DNA from: Lytechinus pictus
Lineage: Eukaryota
Length of the DNA stretch: 64,000 bases
Reading direction: 5' to 3'
Assembly (NCBI RefSeq): GCF_037042905.1
Contig: NC_087249.1
Coordinates: 9,674,001 to 9,738,000, forward strand
Shown one piece after another: positions 1 through 14,363 of this stretch. The notes under the pieces are model-generated. The model did no database searches, was not told the DNA's origin, and worked only from the letters and a program-made list of their open reading frames with translations. The position numbers and the translations under genes were made by a program. Numbering within the stretch: the stretch's first letter is position 1; the number at the start of each line of letters is the position of its first letter.

Positions 1-624
1 AAGTACGTTTTTTTTGGGTTAGATAGTAAAGAGTTTAACGAACTTTATTTAACATAGGACATAATATACAAGATCACATTACTCATGTGCGTGACTTAAG
101 CAGACAGAGGCACACTGCATACCTGTATTTTTTTTAGAGTAAAATAACTACTAATTTTTTTTACTTTTTAACACCAATTTTGCTTGTCAGTCGCTTTTCA
201 GGAGGAATACATCGACCCATTCTACCTCCGAGCAGTCCCAATGAACAAACTCACTAGGGTTTATCTGAGGAGTGAAATACTCTTTCTTCTTTTCTTTAGG
301 TCAATGTTGATATCGTCAATATGGTAACGAAGGGTTAAATATTAAATTTTGTCAACTATAACAACGTCAACGAAGATTGTAAGAAAGCACTTCTGAAGTC
401 CAAGTGTGATTTGATTTTATAGGAGTATGACTCGGCATATATATGAAATATAACGCTATTACATTATATAACGCTTCTTGTTTCACTGACCAGCAAACGT
501 TGACTTGCGAATTTTTAAGTTGGCCGGGTAAAACATGTCTTTATCATTTATACTATTTCCATTTGCAATTCTTGCTACAAACCTTTCCAGATGAGCTGTG
601 CTCGGGACGAGGGGTGGGGGCGGT

Positions 625-720
625 TGCCTTGCCAAAGGACGCTATCAATTCTGTGGTGGAATTCGAACATACGACTCTCTGGTTACAAGGCGAGACTCTC
701 AGAACTAAAGTACCAACCCA
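625..720 (-). mobile_element. tRNA-derived SINE head fragment
   Basis: Shares GCCTTGCCAAAGGACGCTA...TTC(G/A)AACA..CAAGGCGAGA with the SINE at 42150..42425; B-box GTTCGAATTC on the minus strand. Confidence 0.65.
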
Positions 721-1571
721 GACCACTGGCGTACAGATAGAGGTCAACGACCCCCCCCCAAAAAAAAAAAAAGGAGAAAAAGAAATGAAAATAGAGAAAT
801 TATTAAGTATTCCTTTTCACTGAATATTATGTCAAAATCTGTCCAAGAATGAGACTTTTTAAATTAAAACGTCAACAGTTTTGCTCGCTCGCATCTTTAT
901 TTTTAGTTCATACGCCACTGCGGCCGACACCAACCACGACACTTCTTCCTGAGATATGAACAAACTATACTTATAAAATAAGGCAAATTATGCCTCTCAA
1001 ATTGTGTCAACAGGCGTTGCTTTTTTATGCAGGTTCCCTCGTATTTCATGCATTATTTAAAGTCATCTTTGGTTTCAAATCACTGTATTATTTAATTTAG
1101 ATGAATGATGCCATATCTGATTTGTACACCATGCTAATTCTTCTGATGTTATATTGCTTTTGAATTATGTTGTAAAATAAAGTCAAATATCAAATTTCCT
1201 TTTATAAAAAACAGGGTCCGCGGAGCCCGGCTGGTTGAAGGTAGTCTGCAGGCACAGACTCTGATTGAAACTTTGATCAACAAATGGGTCTTCACATAAG
1301 ACTAGCACATGAGAGGGCATTCAGTACATAATTGTAGGCTGCGTATTCAGACCACTTTAGTCTCGTAAAGAGTTGGCACAGCTAGACTTTTGTCAATAAT
1401 CGTGATTTTTGCGTTCCACTCCCCCTTTTAAAAATGTGTTAAATCATCAATCATCATCATCATCTTCATCATCATCATCATTATCATCATCATCACCACC
1501 ACCATCATCATCATTATTCAGTTTGCTTAATATCTAATCTATTTCGATTACATAGATAGCCTACTACCACC

Positions 1572-1879
1572 ATGACCACCAATGGAGCACTCGGGACGAA
1601 CGGGGACACCAACCACAAAAAACCCCGTGTCCTCATGTGGTGCGTGCCTCGGTCTGTGTCGACGGCGATGACGAAATGCATGAGCTTCGTCGAGGGCGCC
1701 GAGATCTGGTTGGAACCGTACGTCATCAGCAAGGCAGCCGAAGACACCCACAACATATACCATCCCGAGAGCGACTTCCCCTTGGAGCTGGACGGAAATG
1801 TCGATGTGTTCAGAGAGGCTGCGATAAAGCTGACGATCGGAGGGGACGATTTCGACGAAGAGCACCTCGAATTGTTATC
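1572..1879 (+). CDS. Sulfotransferase-like P-loop protein (Sulfotransfer_5 / BCAT-like N-terminal domain family), exon 1 of 2
   Basis: ATG in ACCATGA context. Motif RVLMWCVPRSVSTAMTKCMS resembles the W-x-x-PRS-x-STA PAPS-binding loop of this family. Donor TC|GTAAGA at 1880 (phase 2). Confidence 0.85.
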
Positions 1880-1900
1880 GTAAGAAACATGAAAACAAAG

Positions 1901-2546
1901 TGTATGATGGGGTGTCCAAACTTCGCGCACTTTTCAAAAATATTCATCAGGCTTAAATTTTTTCACAAAATATTCATAATTTATACAAAACCAATTCAAG
2001 AAATAGTTACCACATTGACGGCAAGATCGTAAACTATAAAATCATGAACGAAAATGTAAAGTAGGTCAAGGGGATTTGCCGGTATCGCGATCTCAAAATT
2101 CTATTCCGATCGGCGAATGCGCGCTGTGCTGGAAAACCGTTCAAAAAAAGTGTGACCTAACTTCGCGGACCAAAGTTTTTGTGGACATTTAAACAAAACT
2201 CAAGCTCAAAAAGTGAAATATTTATATCAGATTGATGGCAAAATGCTATAGAATCGGTTCGTACCACATTTAACTCACATTTTTGATGATTTCTGCTTGC
2301 AAAATGGTGATATCGTGATGCTTGTTGAGAATATCAGATTTCTTAAAAAACGGGCGCTAACGGTGACAAATTTGCCGATCTTTTGCCAATATTTTCATGA
2401 ATACTGAACTCATCCTAAAGAAACTTACACCAAAGGGTAATTTTAGGTCGCTTTTCACGTTGATGATGTCAGATTTTAAGGATATTGGCTAGTTTTTTAG
2501 ATAATGACCGTCCGCGAAGTATGGACACGCGCGAAGTTTGGACTCA
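1901..2546. mobile_element. Non-autonomous TIR DNA element (family X) in the intron of the sulfotransferase-like gene
   Basis: IR GTCCAAACTTCGCGC / GCGCGAAGTTTGGAC with subterminal sub-repeats; near-identical split copy at 57271..57436 plus 60847..61326. Confidence 0.85.
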
Positions 2547-3175
2547 TGTTACTGAGTGAAGTTCAGGCCATCCGGCCTATAAAGTTGATTTCAAACTACT
2601 AAGAAATATGAAATTTTCCATCAAACTCGGAAGTCGACATTTCAAAATATACCTTGTTTTAAAAGTCTATAACGTGCATAAAATGGTATGTAAAAGTAAG
2701 CGATGGGGGGGGGCGGCCTTTGGGACCATGGACCCGTAAATATTCATGACCAGGAAAAGGGGAGAAAAAAATCAAGGAAGAAAAAATATTGAAATATATC
2801 ATTTTCTAAAGTGTGTTAAAATCAATCTTAGAATAAGACTTGTTGTATTAAATAAACAAAGAAAATTTGTTCGCTCGCAGCTTTTTAGAAAAAAGTTGCC
2901 CATGCGCCATGTTTGGATTACTTCCTTAATAATTATGTTTGGTTCATTACGCCACATTGTCTTTATTGCATTTTAAGTTACCATGGTTACAGCAATTAAA
3001 TTGTATGTGTTTTATGTGGAGTCAACCGCGTGTGCTTCGAATCACCGTAATCATAAATCGTTTTTCCCAAGGGGAGGAGTAGGCAATAATAATTTCCATA
3101 GACGTTTCGATATCCTGAGCATAATATAGTCACAATCATAATTCTTACCCTTTCTTTACGCTTTTCCTCTCACAG

Positions 3176-3866
3176 ACCGGTGACGCTCAAACAAAAGTTC
3201 GACAATGTGGATCCTTCTAACGAATTTGTCTTCATCAAAGACATGGCAGTCGGGATGCCACCGAGTCGCTATCCGTATCTACCCGATCGATCCAGTGGAT
3301 TCAAGCACTTCTTTCTCATCCGGCATCCCGTAAAAGCTTACAAGTCGTTGCGCGCGAAACTTCTGAACTTTCTTCTCACAGCTGATCCTGAGTTATTGGA
3401 GAGCGCCGGTATGAAGAAACCCAATGAGAAGACGTTCCATGTCATCAACGACGTGCCTCCGCCTCGAGAAGGAACGCAGTACATGTACGAAGCCGTTCAC
3501 CAACTCTGGACCCACATCAAGAGGACGGCCGACGACGACCCGGTGATCGTGGACATCGATGAGGTCCTGGAGGATCCCTCGGCGATGTTGCCGCGGATGT
3601 GCGCTGTGTTGGGGATCCCTTACTCCGATAGCTTGCTGTCGTGGGACGCGTCGTCCGACGTCGTCCTGAAATGGAAGAGCTCGTGTTCGAACGTCCGTGA
3701 TTCTCCAAGGTATGCCATGTGGTTCGACAATGCCTTCAAAAGCTCGTGCTTCAAGGCGTCATCCACCACGGCATCACTGGATGACGCTAGTGACGACATC
3801 AAAGAAATTGTCGAAAAGGAAATTCCTTTCTATGAAGAAATGTATAATCTACGAATAACAGTCTAA
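3176..3866 (+). CDS. Sulfotransferase-like protein, exon 2 of 2 (spliced product 332 aa)
   Basis: Polypyrimidine tract plus CACAG acceptor at 3175; TC+A restores the frame into ORF 3180..3866. Motifs FIKDMA, HFFLIRHPxKAYxS, PVIVDxDEVLEDP, LGIPYxDSLLSW, WFxxAxxSSxF. 308+691=999 nt ending in TAA. Confidence 0.85.
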
Positions 3867-3889
3867 AACAATTTTCTTATCCTTACCAT

Positions 3890-4008
3890 GGGGAGCGTTT
3901 CATGAAAGAGCTTGATCCGACAAGTCCTGTTTTATCCGACAGTTACCATAGTAACAGTGCCTCTCAGCCAATCAGAATCAGGGAAAGTTGTCTGATGAAA
4001 CGCTCCTC
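3890..4008. mobile_element. Small MITE just 3' of the sulfotransferase-like stop codon
   Basis: IR GGAGCGTTTCAT / ATGAAACGCTCC. Confidence 0.6.
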
Positions 4009-5499
4009 AGATAGCAAAAAGGGGGCAGGCATCTGCGTCAGCGCAGAGGATTATCTGTTTTTTTTTTTTGGGGGGGGGGGCGCAACAATAGACAAAGAAA
4101 TAAAATTACTGCTACTTATTTTTCATATATACGTTTTTTTTATATATCATACACACATGAAAATAATAAATAATCATGATTTCACTTAATAACATAAGTA
4201 AACTGGGGATATACATTTGCGCCGGAAGGAGGAGGCAGTGGGGGCTATTCCCCCTCCCAAAATACTTTTGCCCCCGCGGCCCCCTGAAATTAAGAAAATG
4301 ATCAATATTATTCAAAGAAAAAAATAAAAAATGAAACCAATTTTCTTGTCTAAATTGTATTTTTTTAAACTAAATAAATGAAACGTTTTCGCCCCTGACG
4401 GGGCAAGTTAATTTAAAAAAAATATATATATATACTACAAGTAAATTTAGTGTATAGACAAGTGTGTCCCATTAATAACACGAGAAACATAACTTTTTTT
4501 AATCCTTTCATTTTCCTCTTATTCAATAAGTTTCTTTGCAATAAAAGAATATTTTCAATGCTCGAGTACTTAATAATTTAATTAATGAATTACGATTAAT
4601 GATCAATTAATTTGCTTATTTATCTATTTATACATATCTAATCAGGATTAGTAATAATGATTAACCCGGAGTATCCCATTTAACATATATTCGTTCCCGT
4701 TTAAATAGTGTTTTAATTTTTTGGTACTGTGGCAATATTTGACAATAAGGACAATCTGAATGCAAGCGAATTCTTAATACATTGACAAAAGGAATTAAAT
4801 CGTATTTTGAAGTGTACCTGTCGGAAATAACTCCTTGTTAATGCTAGAGCACCTGAATTAGGGTATAAGCTATGGTAATCATATGGTATTTAGGCATATA
4901 TATAGATAAATGCTGCATATTATTATAAGACGGAACATTTAATTTTCATTTGATAATTTTGTTATGTGAGTAGGTGACGTCACCAGTTACCTCTTTTTAT
5001 ACCTCCTGTGATGTGCATTTCAGAAATAATGTGAAATAAATGTCATAACATTGTAATTTTACATCAGATTTTGATTACAGCGTTATGTGGATTTCAAGTA
5101 GTATATATATATATATATATATAAAGAGAGAGAGAGAGGGAGGGGAGGGGTGGGAGGGGGAGAGGGGTGGGGGATGGAGGAATGCAGCGAGCACCGTGAC
5201 TGAATTGAATGGAATTGCAATAGCGCCATATTAATACCCTCAAAAAATTAATTCTGAGTTTCTGAGCAAACTTCCTCATAAGTTATAATGCATGGGGCAT
5301 GGGGGGGGGGGGGATCTCCCACAATATTTCGGTTACTTGGTAACATAATTAGTGTGGTATGAATTCTCTGAGTGGTGAATTAGTATGTTGTCATTCGCGT
5401 GTGCCTATATTACAAGACTACACAGCTCGTATATAATGTTGCTTTATGCTGGCCAGATTTGGGTAAATGAGGACCTGAGGTGGTGCTTACAAAACCAAA

Positions 5500-5900
5500 G
5501 AAAAGAAGCAATCTTATTGGAAAGAGTAAAACAAATTGACCAATTTAAAATAAGTTTCATCAAAATCGGTTATGAAATAGGCAAGTTATGGACGTTTAAA
5601 AAGTCTTGTTGTACTTTCTATGAGGATCCTCAAATTGGCAAACATGCTTCAAAATGGCTGATTTTGTGGCAACCCTCCATTTGTTTTGTACACAAATTTT
5701 CAGATTTCCCCCTTTATTTTACATTATATCACATCATCTCCTACTAACCTTGACATAATGGGGTGTGAATCATATTTTCTCATGACATACGTTACGCTTA
5801 GAAGGAGGCAAGATGCAATTTGAAAGATAATAGGGAAAATCTGAAAGATTCTGTACAAAAAAAAGTTTTCCACAAAATCAGCCATTTTGAAGCATGCCCT
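5500..5900. mobile_element. Foldback/MITE remnant (Kolobok-like family)
   Basis: 27-bp perfect IR at 5643..5669 / 5870..5896; related in the opposite orientation to 13240..13430. Confidence 0.6.
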
Positions 5901-6103
5901 ACTTACTTTCAAATTCTGTTTATATTGAAAAAAAAGAAAGAAAAGGAAGAAACCCTCACCATAACCCAACACAATTTATCGAAATCATAGTGTAAAACAT
6001 TGCAGTTAATTTGTATTCAATGCAAACATTTGTCAACAAAATAACAATCTGATATCCGACAACTCGACACCTTATTTTTCGGCAGGGCCAAACATTATTT
6101 TCT

Positions 6104-6104
<1 letters not shown>

Positions 6105-6166
<62 letters not shown>

Positions 6167-6179
6167 AATACATATATAT

Positions 6180-6211
<32 letters not shown>

Positions 6212-6212
6212 C
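6105..6212. repeat. (TA)n microsatellite
   Basis: Direct reading. Confidence 0.95.
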
Positions 6213-6740
6213 ACATAACATTCCCCTCTTAAACAAACATCCATAATTTCCGAACCAAATCGAGTTTTTAATGTTATGGACGTATTTTATGTCATGCTTC
6301 ATGCAGTGAGCACCGCCAGAAGGCAAACATGTCACTTTTCAAAAGTCACAAGCCAAATATCATGATTTTTATTCCACTTTATTGGAATGATTTCCACATT
6401 CTCATCATCAGGATCATGAAAAATAGTCAGAAGGCTTGTAAAAGGTACTTTCTAAAAGACGATACAAGTTTTTTGACTAAATTTCATGGTTGAATAAACA
6501 CAAGTGAAAATTTACTATAGTTAGATTTTTTACACATCTCTTTCGATAAAAATGATCAAATATGATGACAGTTATTTTTGGGAAAAGTATCTTCAACAAT
6601 ATTCACCGTTTCACGGATCAATGAACATTTAATGAAAGCAATAAATACGAATTTATTTTGGTAACTAAAATGATCTTTTCTCAACTTTTTCGTTATGTTC
6701 ATGACCAATTAACATGCTTCAATGATTCAAATGCGTTTAA

Positions 6741-7259
6741 AGGGATGGTCCGGGCTGAAAATATTCATATCTTAATACATAGAGTAGAATTCACTGAGCA
6801 AAATGCCGAAAATTTCATCAAAATCGGATAACAAATAATAAAGTTATTGAAGTTTAAAGTGAAGCAATATTTTTTTTAAAACAGTCGTCATGAATATTCA
6901 TTAGGTGGGCTGATGATGTCACATCTCCACTTTCCGTTTTCTTATGTTATTACATAAAATGCAGCAATAAATATATAATGCACTAAATCAATTGTCAATC
7001 CAATTTTTTTAGTTCTCGGAGGAAAAAATTGAATAAACCTAATTTCATATAATAAAATACAAAAGAATAAGTGAAGATGTGACATCATCAGCCCACCTAA
7101 TGAATATTCATGACGACTGTTTTCACAAAATATTGCTAAACTTTAAAATTCAATAACTTTGTTATTTGTTATCCGATTTTGATGAAATTTTCGTCATTTT
7201 GCTCAGTGAATTTTACTTTATGTATTAAGATATAAATACTTTCAGCCCGGACCATCCCT
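6741..7259. mobile_element. TTAA-flanked foldback MITE (Kolobok-like termini AGGG...CCCT) with ~190-bp arms
   Basis: TTAA|AGGGATGGTCCGGGCTGAAA ... TTTCAGCCCGGACCATCCCT|TTAA; arms pair through to ~6932/7070. Confidence 0.9.
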
Positions 7260-7469
7260 TTAATTAAACATTCACGCTTGAATGAACATGTGGAATGTGA
7301 TTAGCTCTTTTTTACGTTATTGGAAAAATGCAATTGCTAACTATGGATATCTGTGACAAACGTCCTTCCATAGTTCATTTGATTTGATTTTTTTTTAATC
7401 CCGATGTCCTTCTTGAAGCAAAACTTGTCCTAAATGGAAAAAGTATAGGTCGCTTATCTTCAGCAATTT

Positions 7470-8900
7470 GCTATGAAAAATAATGGGTCATTGTGTGAAC
7501 GAAAAGCTGAATTATGAATAATACGAAGGGACTTCTATTGTAGTAAAACAGTCTATCTAAAATGGTTTGATGGGTGCTGCCCCAGGCAAGTTTCCCATAA
7601 TTCAAGTAAGGTAAGATCAAAGAAGAATATCATTAAAAGTGATGAAGACGAAAAATAATATTTCAATTTATTGATAATGCCAATATTTCGCGAAATAATT
7701 TTACATTTACAATCTATGTGGTATTTCCAGGAAAACTTATTATCAACGGTAACACCGAGAAATTCAATGAATGTGACACTTTTTAAATTAGTGTCATTTA
7801 AAACAATGTCCATGGGAAGTGTATCAATGAAATTGCTAAATAGCATATATTTAGTTTTGAGTATAGATTAAAAGACAATTTGTTGGATCTTATCCATTGT
7901 GTGACTTTTAAAAGTTCATTATTAACAGTATTTACTAAGGTATATGGATTTTTATGGGAATAAAATATATTAGAATCGTTTGCAAAGAGTATGAACGAAC
8001 GAACATCAGCAGATGATTTACAAAAGTCATTAATATAAATGATAAATAATAAAGGGCCTAACAAACTGCCTTGCGGGATTCCACAATTAATATATTGCGT
8101 GTTGGATGCATGACCATTGAAAGATACAAATTGACGTCTATCGGACAAGTAGCTTCTGAACCACTCCAAGGCCTCCCGCGCAACCCATAATGAGAAAGTT
8201 TATGTGATTAGATATTATGGTTAATGGTGTCGAAGGCCTTGGAGAAGTCCAGAGCAATGCCGACTAGATGTGAGCAATTATCAAAAGCGTGGGCCACTTT
8301 ATCAACGAAATTCAATAATGCATGTTCTGTGTTATGTTTTTCTCTAAATCCAATCTGAAAGTTAGAAAAAGTATTGTGATATTAAAAAAATCAATTGTTT
8401 TGCTATAAACCACTTTTTTCTAAAATTTTGGACAAGGATGATAATAAAGAAACTGGGCGATAGTGACTGATACTTAACTTGTCACCCTTTTTGTACAATG
8501 GAATGACCGTGGCAATTTTCATGTGATCAGGGACTTGACCAGAGGTTAGAGAAAGGTTATAGATATATGTCAAAGGATCGACAATTTCAGATATTATACC
8601 TTTTAAAATGAAGTTATTGACATCATCATAACCAGGACTTTTTTTATCATTCAATTTAGATACAATATCAGTAATATCTTTTTTGACTACGGGAGTGAAA
8701 AATATTGAACTAGAATTTGGTGTACCTAGATAATCATGAAAATGTTTTGTTGAAGGGGGATGTCTCTAGCTAGGTTAATTCCTTGAGATGAAAAATAATC
8801 ATTAAAAATATGAGCTATATTTTCAGGATCTCCAATAATATCACTGTTATAGACCTGATTTCAGTTATATCGGACTTATTATCGGATAAATTCATTGCTT
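7470..8900 (-). mobile_element. Degraded non-LTR retrotransposon RT region (CR1/L2-group)
   Basis: Frameshifted ORFs with [36 protein letters not shown] (degenerate YADD), FLGV. Confidence 0.9.
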
Positions 8901-11543
8901 GTTTATATATATATATATATATATGTAAATAAATAGATAAATATATTTATATATATATATATACAATGCAACAAATTTATTTGAAATTACTCAGTAAAAT
9001 TGAGGCCAAAAATTGCCTTACTTTTTTCAAGTATTTTAATATAAGCTTATCAGTTTTAAGTAAAATTGCTTATTTTCTTTGCATCCATTTTACTCAAGTA
9101 AATTAAGTTACAACAAGTTAATTCAATTAAGTAAAACAATCACTGAAATATTTTTAAAAAATGGGGAAGTGAACTTTCGTGATTCGAAAGTCCGCTCCCC
9201 CATCGTCACTCTTTCAGTGGCATCATTTTCATTATCCAAATATTAGACTTCATGCATTGTCACTTACCTGTACATGATAGGTATACGCGACCGGTTCATC
9301 CTAAGAAATAAAACAGTGAGAATAACTTTAACATTTTCTGAAAACCTAAAATGAAATCTGAAATTTTCTGATAAGTGACTTTTAATGTTGCTCTTTCTTT
9401 GATAAAAAAAGAATTAAATATTTTGCAAACCATAATCCAAAACAATTTCAAATACAAATACATGTAGATATGACAGTTATTTAAAAATTTTAAGTTACTT
9501 ACTCTTAATGAATATTCAAGTATTTGAATAAGGCGTTTATTGACAAATATAAGTACATTCAATATGATTTTATAAATAACAATAATCTTTGCCTAATTTT
9601 ACTTAATCGAAGCAAGCTAACAATAAGTGCATTTTTGAAAATGTATATTGAACCCAAATAAATCAAGTAAATTAAAAGACAAGTTAAATTTACTGAAAAA
9701 AAATTGAGAAATAATTACAAATACTAAATTCTAATTATATACAATAAGTGTTAACTACCAATTCAGATTTTTTTAAGTACATATATATATATATATATAT
9801 ATATTTATATGTTCATAGTTATCTTGACATGTATTTTAAACTGCAGGGCGCCTTTGTAAAGCAGTTTTAAGAACTGAACAGGCCTACCCTGCAGTATAAA
9901 ATAAATAAAACAAAATAAATAAATAAATAAATAAATAAATATGTATGTATGTATGTATATGGAAGTTTTCGCTCGTCCGTCCCTTTTTATCGGCCTTCAT
10001 CAGGCCCACATTCAAAGAAACAAACAGAACCAAAAAAGCATATTAGGACATGATAACAAAAAATTCAAAAAATTTATTCTTTACACCACACTATATTTAA
10101 ATTTGAGAAGTTATAAACAAAAAAAGTGCTCATAATGTCCCATTTTTAGAGCTGGATGTATACAATTTAAGCTTGCGCTTCGTGTTCATACGGTTCATAC
10201 TATTTGTATAGGGAGACATGTATCCTGACCTGTTCATAAATTCCTACAAACAATCCTTAAATTTTTCCCTTTTTGAGTCATGCCTGTATGGAAATGTTTA
10301 AGCTTGCATGCAGCCCGGCATGCAGCTTGATTTTCGCCCTCATATATTATTTAGGCTAATGATATAGACCTAACTTCCTAGAGCTACCTAAAGTAAAGGA
10401 AAAATGTTATCAAATTTCATTAATCAGGACTACATTGTTCCACCCTCTACTTGCCCTTTACGTCCAGCTTTGGAATAAATGGCATTATTGATTGAACAGA
10501 AATAGTGTCACCAATTCTTAAACTTCCATATAAGGAAAATACATGACAGGCACCATTATCATACCGTCATTGGGTCAAAGTTAGAAACTTACCTATTATT
10601 ATTATTTGCTCGGGTCATTTCGTCACGTCAATCAATTTGATATTTTGCTAGTAGTTTTATTATTTTGTTGTCAATAATTTTTTATTCTCTTTTTTTACCA
10701 AGAACAAATAAAATTTAAGTTAGAAATATTTTTTTTGAATGAAATTGGTAAATTACTAATCAAAATACATTTTTGTTGAAAAAATATATCTCCTGAGGTG
10801 AGAGAGAGCCTGAATCTCCGATTTCCAGACTATTGCAATTGCAAGATATGATCGCATACACAAAAACACTAACTGCATACGTTTTGTGTATTATTATGCC
10901 TTCGTTGTTCTGTGCCCATTACACTCTTCCAGCGGACAAATATCTCCCAGATCCAGGCCAATTAATTAGAAAAAACATCTTTTAGCTAAAGAGGAATATT
11001 GTGGTTCAGACTTCATGGAAAATGTATTCAGATGACGACTTTGAACAGCATAAAGCTTGAGTTCAGGACATTACACAGCCACAGGAGCAGACCTGAGTTT
11101 TCGGCTGGGCATTGCTGCACCGCGCACCTGCACTGCTGCAGTGCAATTTGGATCGGATTGGATTTGGAGTTTGACTGAGCATATGCAGCAATGTCATTAG
11201 AGAATGATTTGTTTTTGTCTGACGTGAATCCAATTTCCATGACCATGCCAATGATTAGGCCGAAACAGTGATCTAGATCTCAGCTCATCTCGGTCGAGAA
11301 TACTAGGCCCTAACTTGTAGGCCTACTTGTTAACTTGTTAAATCATTTTTTTTTTGTGTGTGTGAGTGAAAAATCCCCCCCCCCAAAAAAAAAAACAAAT
11401 TACAAAACAAGATCAGCCCATTTGGTAGTCTTGAATTTGAGCATCACTGAAATCTAGTGATTGATCTTGAGAAAGTGTTGCCTGTTTAATACTAGTGCAA
11501 TTTCAACTTGTTAAAGAAAAGTAAGCATTCTATAAAAGTAAAG

Positions 11544-11771
11544 ATGGAGGAGGATGAAGGATTCATGATGGGAGAGGAAGATGAGCTTGGTTATGACGAT
11601 GATGATGCAGGATCCAGTGACTTTGGAGACCATTTTGAGATGGAGGAAGATGATGGTTCATACAGTAGAGATAGAGAAGATGTCGATGATTTCCAGTATC
11701 AAGTGTTAACTCCGGACGATATTGTGCAATTAATGGTTGATACAATACGTGAAGTCAACAATGTTGTGAAG
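11544..11771 (+). CDS. ARIH1: E3 ubiquitin ligase ARIH1 (Ariadne-1), exon 1: acidic N-terminus
   Basis: AAGATGG start; MEEDEG...DDFQYQVLTPDDIVQLMVDTIREVNNVVK; donor GTAATT. Confidence 0.9.
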
Positions 11772-12968
11772 GTAATTTTGGAAAAGGTTATACCGGTAAC
11801 TTATAGCGAGTTGGCCTGAAAAGGCTGAATGTCTCTGTCTGTGATGTATAAACTCACCACCATTCTCATGATTGAATGTGTTCCTTGATATCTATTTGCT
11901 TGTTACTTGTCAGACGTACATGTACAGTACTACTTGGAATTATGGAACCTAATCCAGCAACCAAGTTCATCAAGAATTCATGGCATTTTTTATTGTTGGT
12001 GACATCTGGTTGGGAATAAAAACAAGCACAGCTCATCACGTTCAGTACATGGAAATTTAACCAATGACCTTGCCAGGGTCTTGATACTTGTCTAATTGAT
12101 TCCAAGTTCATTTTACAATGTAGGCTTCATGAACATTTAGTTATGCTTGAAAGTTTCCAGAACCTTGACAGAAACGATTTTGTAAAAAGCCTTGCTCCTC
12201 CTGCACTTAAAGGAGAAATATATTGATTATGAATATGGCCTTATTATATATCAGTGGAAAGGTCATGATGTGGGGATTATCATTTGGTCATTCAAAAATA
12301 ACGAAAGTAATACATAAGGTGGAAATCGCCAATTAAAAAGCGCTAAAATGCCTCTCCGAAATACGCCTCCCATCGGTCTCTGAATTGACTCGAATTTGAT
12401 GACGTGTATGAGTGTACGAGAGACGTGATTGGCTCTCCCACGTCAAGCTCCACTTGCATGCAAAACCTGTTGCGAGGGTACCTTTTCTCCACACTGTCAC
12501 TGAATACTTCGATCACGACATGAAAGAAAACCCAGAAGTTTATCTAGATTTTGGATTTTCAAATTGATGATTTTGAAGGTGAAGAGCAAATTGATGAAGT
12601 TTCTAGCTCTGGTGACGTGGATGGAGGTACATGTAAATTAGGGGAATTACGCCTATGATGAGTCGGACAATTCAACTTGCATGCCTAATCTAATTTTAAT
12701 TTACCTCAACTTTTTGCTTCAAAAAAGATTTTATCGTAATTTAAAAATAGTACGAGGTGTTACTATATTTTTATATAGATAAATAATTCCCTGAGTTTCG
12801 TAATTTTGTCAAAATAATGAGGTAGAAATTATACCTAACAGAACGACTGACAATTTATCCCAGCCACGTGAAATTTGTCGTCGGTGCATATCGTCTGCTG
12901 TTTCAGACATTGAAATTAAAATTTGGCATCTTGCACCCTCTCTCGGTAATGTTTGTATTCTTACTTAA

Positions 12969-13502
12969 AGGGGAAGTTCACCCTGACAATAAGTTGGTTT
13001 GAATTTTAAACAAAAATTTGAGAAAAATATTGGTGAAAATTTGATCAAAGAATTTCGACGTTGTGATGGTACAGATGAGCAGCTCCTTTTAAATGCTGTG
13101 TGATATAAATTCCCCAAATTCCATTTCCTCAAAAATATGAGAGTGATTTTATTTGTTTGGTTGATATATCATCACACACATCATTTGATATCATGTCAAT
13201 GTCAGGAGGAGATAATGTGAAATATGTACAGTGTAAAATAAAGGGGAAAATCTGAAAATTTGTGTACAACACAAATGGAGAGTTGTCCACAACATCAGGC
13301 ATTTTGAAGCATGTTTGCCAATTTGAGGAATGATGATCCCCATAAAATGTAAAACAACTTTAAACAAGGATATTTAAACTTACATAATTTTGCTTTAATA
13401 TTCTATAAGTTCCTATAACCGATTTTTATGAAACAAGTTTTAGATTGCTCTTCTCATTTTATTCTTTCTGCTCTGGATTCTCACCTTGTATTTTGGTTTC
13501 CT
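12969..13502. mobile_element. TTAA-flanked Kolobok-like MITE (possibly chimeric)
   Basis: Left end TTAA|AGGGGAAGTTCACCCTGAC matches the 50646..51131 family; the 3' part matches 5500..5720 in reverse. Confidence 0.6.
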
Positions 13503-14363
13503 TTAAATAGTTACAGTAGTGGTAGGCATATCGGTAATGACAATCATACCTTTGTATGGAAAAAAGGTAGATTTGGCAACTTGGGGTTGAAAGCACTTGC
13601 GTGGCATGTCAAAAATTAGTCATAACTTGGAAGTTCAAGTGAACACTTAATGTCTTTGAATGCTGGTTCTATGCACTTCCCATTTAGGTCTAGTTTGTAT
13701 GTCATTGCAGAGTGATTTCATAAAAAAATTGCAATTTTTTTCTAAATCTCATAATAGCATTGCATAATTTTTTTGGACTTGGTGTTTTTTTTTTTTTGAT
13801 AACCATATAAAATAGTTTGATATTTTCCATGTTAACAATGGATATGATATGACCATGGTGGTGGTTAACTGGTTACCCAAAATAAGGATATGACCAAATA
13901 AGGAAGTGGTATTTATACCAGATTAGGACATGCACTGCACCCAAACAATGATTCATTCCATTCTTAGGCAGTGGAACAGTCAGGTAAACAGTAGTCTGTG
14001 TTGAGAGAACAATTACATGTACAGGTGTATATTCGTACCCTTTATCTGTCTTCTTATTCAGAGTGTTCATTATCAATAAAAGAAATCACACTTGAATTTA
14101 AAAGCCTGTTTGATGATAGTGTGGTTTCTGTTACATCTTGAAATTCAGAACATGCCACATTACTGGTATATACATGTATGCAATGCCATTTATTAAAAGG
14201 CAATTTACAAATGAAATATATTGTTGACAAATTAATGATTCAGCCAGAATCGTTGCATGGAGGATCTTGACATGAAGCAAGGCAATAGATTAGTCAGACA
14301 GATAAAATTGATAAATGAAGTATTAAAAGGGGGGATGACAACACATGTAAACTTTGCACATAC

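Noticed and set aside
1514..2032. Overlapping alternative-frame and antisense ORFs on exon 1 of the sulfotransferase-like gene
   Set aside because: Expected by-product of GC-rich coding sequence; no recognisable motifs
9980..10010. Minimal hammerhead on the minus strand (CTGATGA-AGGCC-GATA)
   Set aside because: GATA instead of GAAA and no convincing stems I/III
10800..11543. ARIH1 core promoter call
   Set aside because: A few CCAAT-like words only; the TSS and any non-coding first exon cannot be placed from sequence
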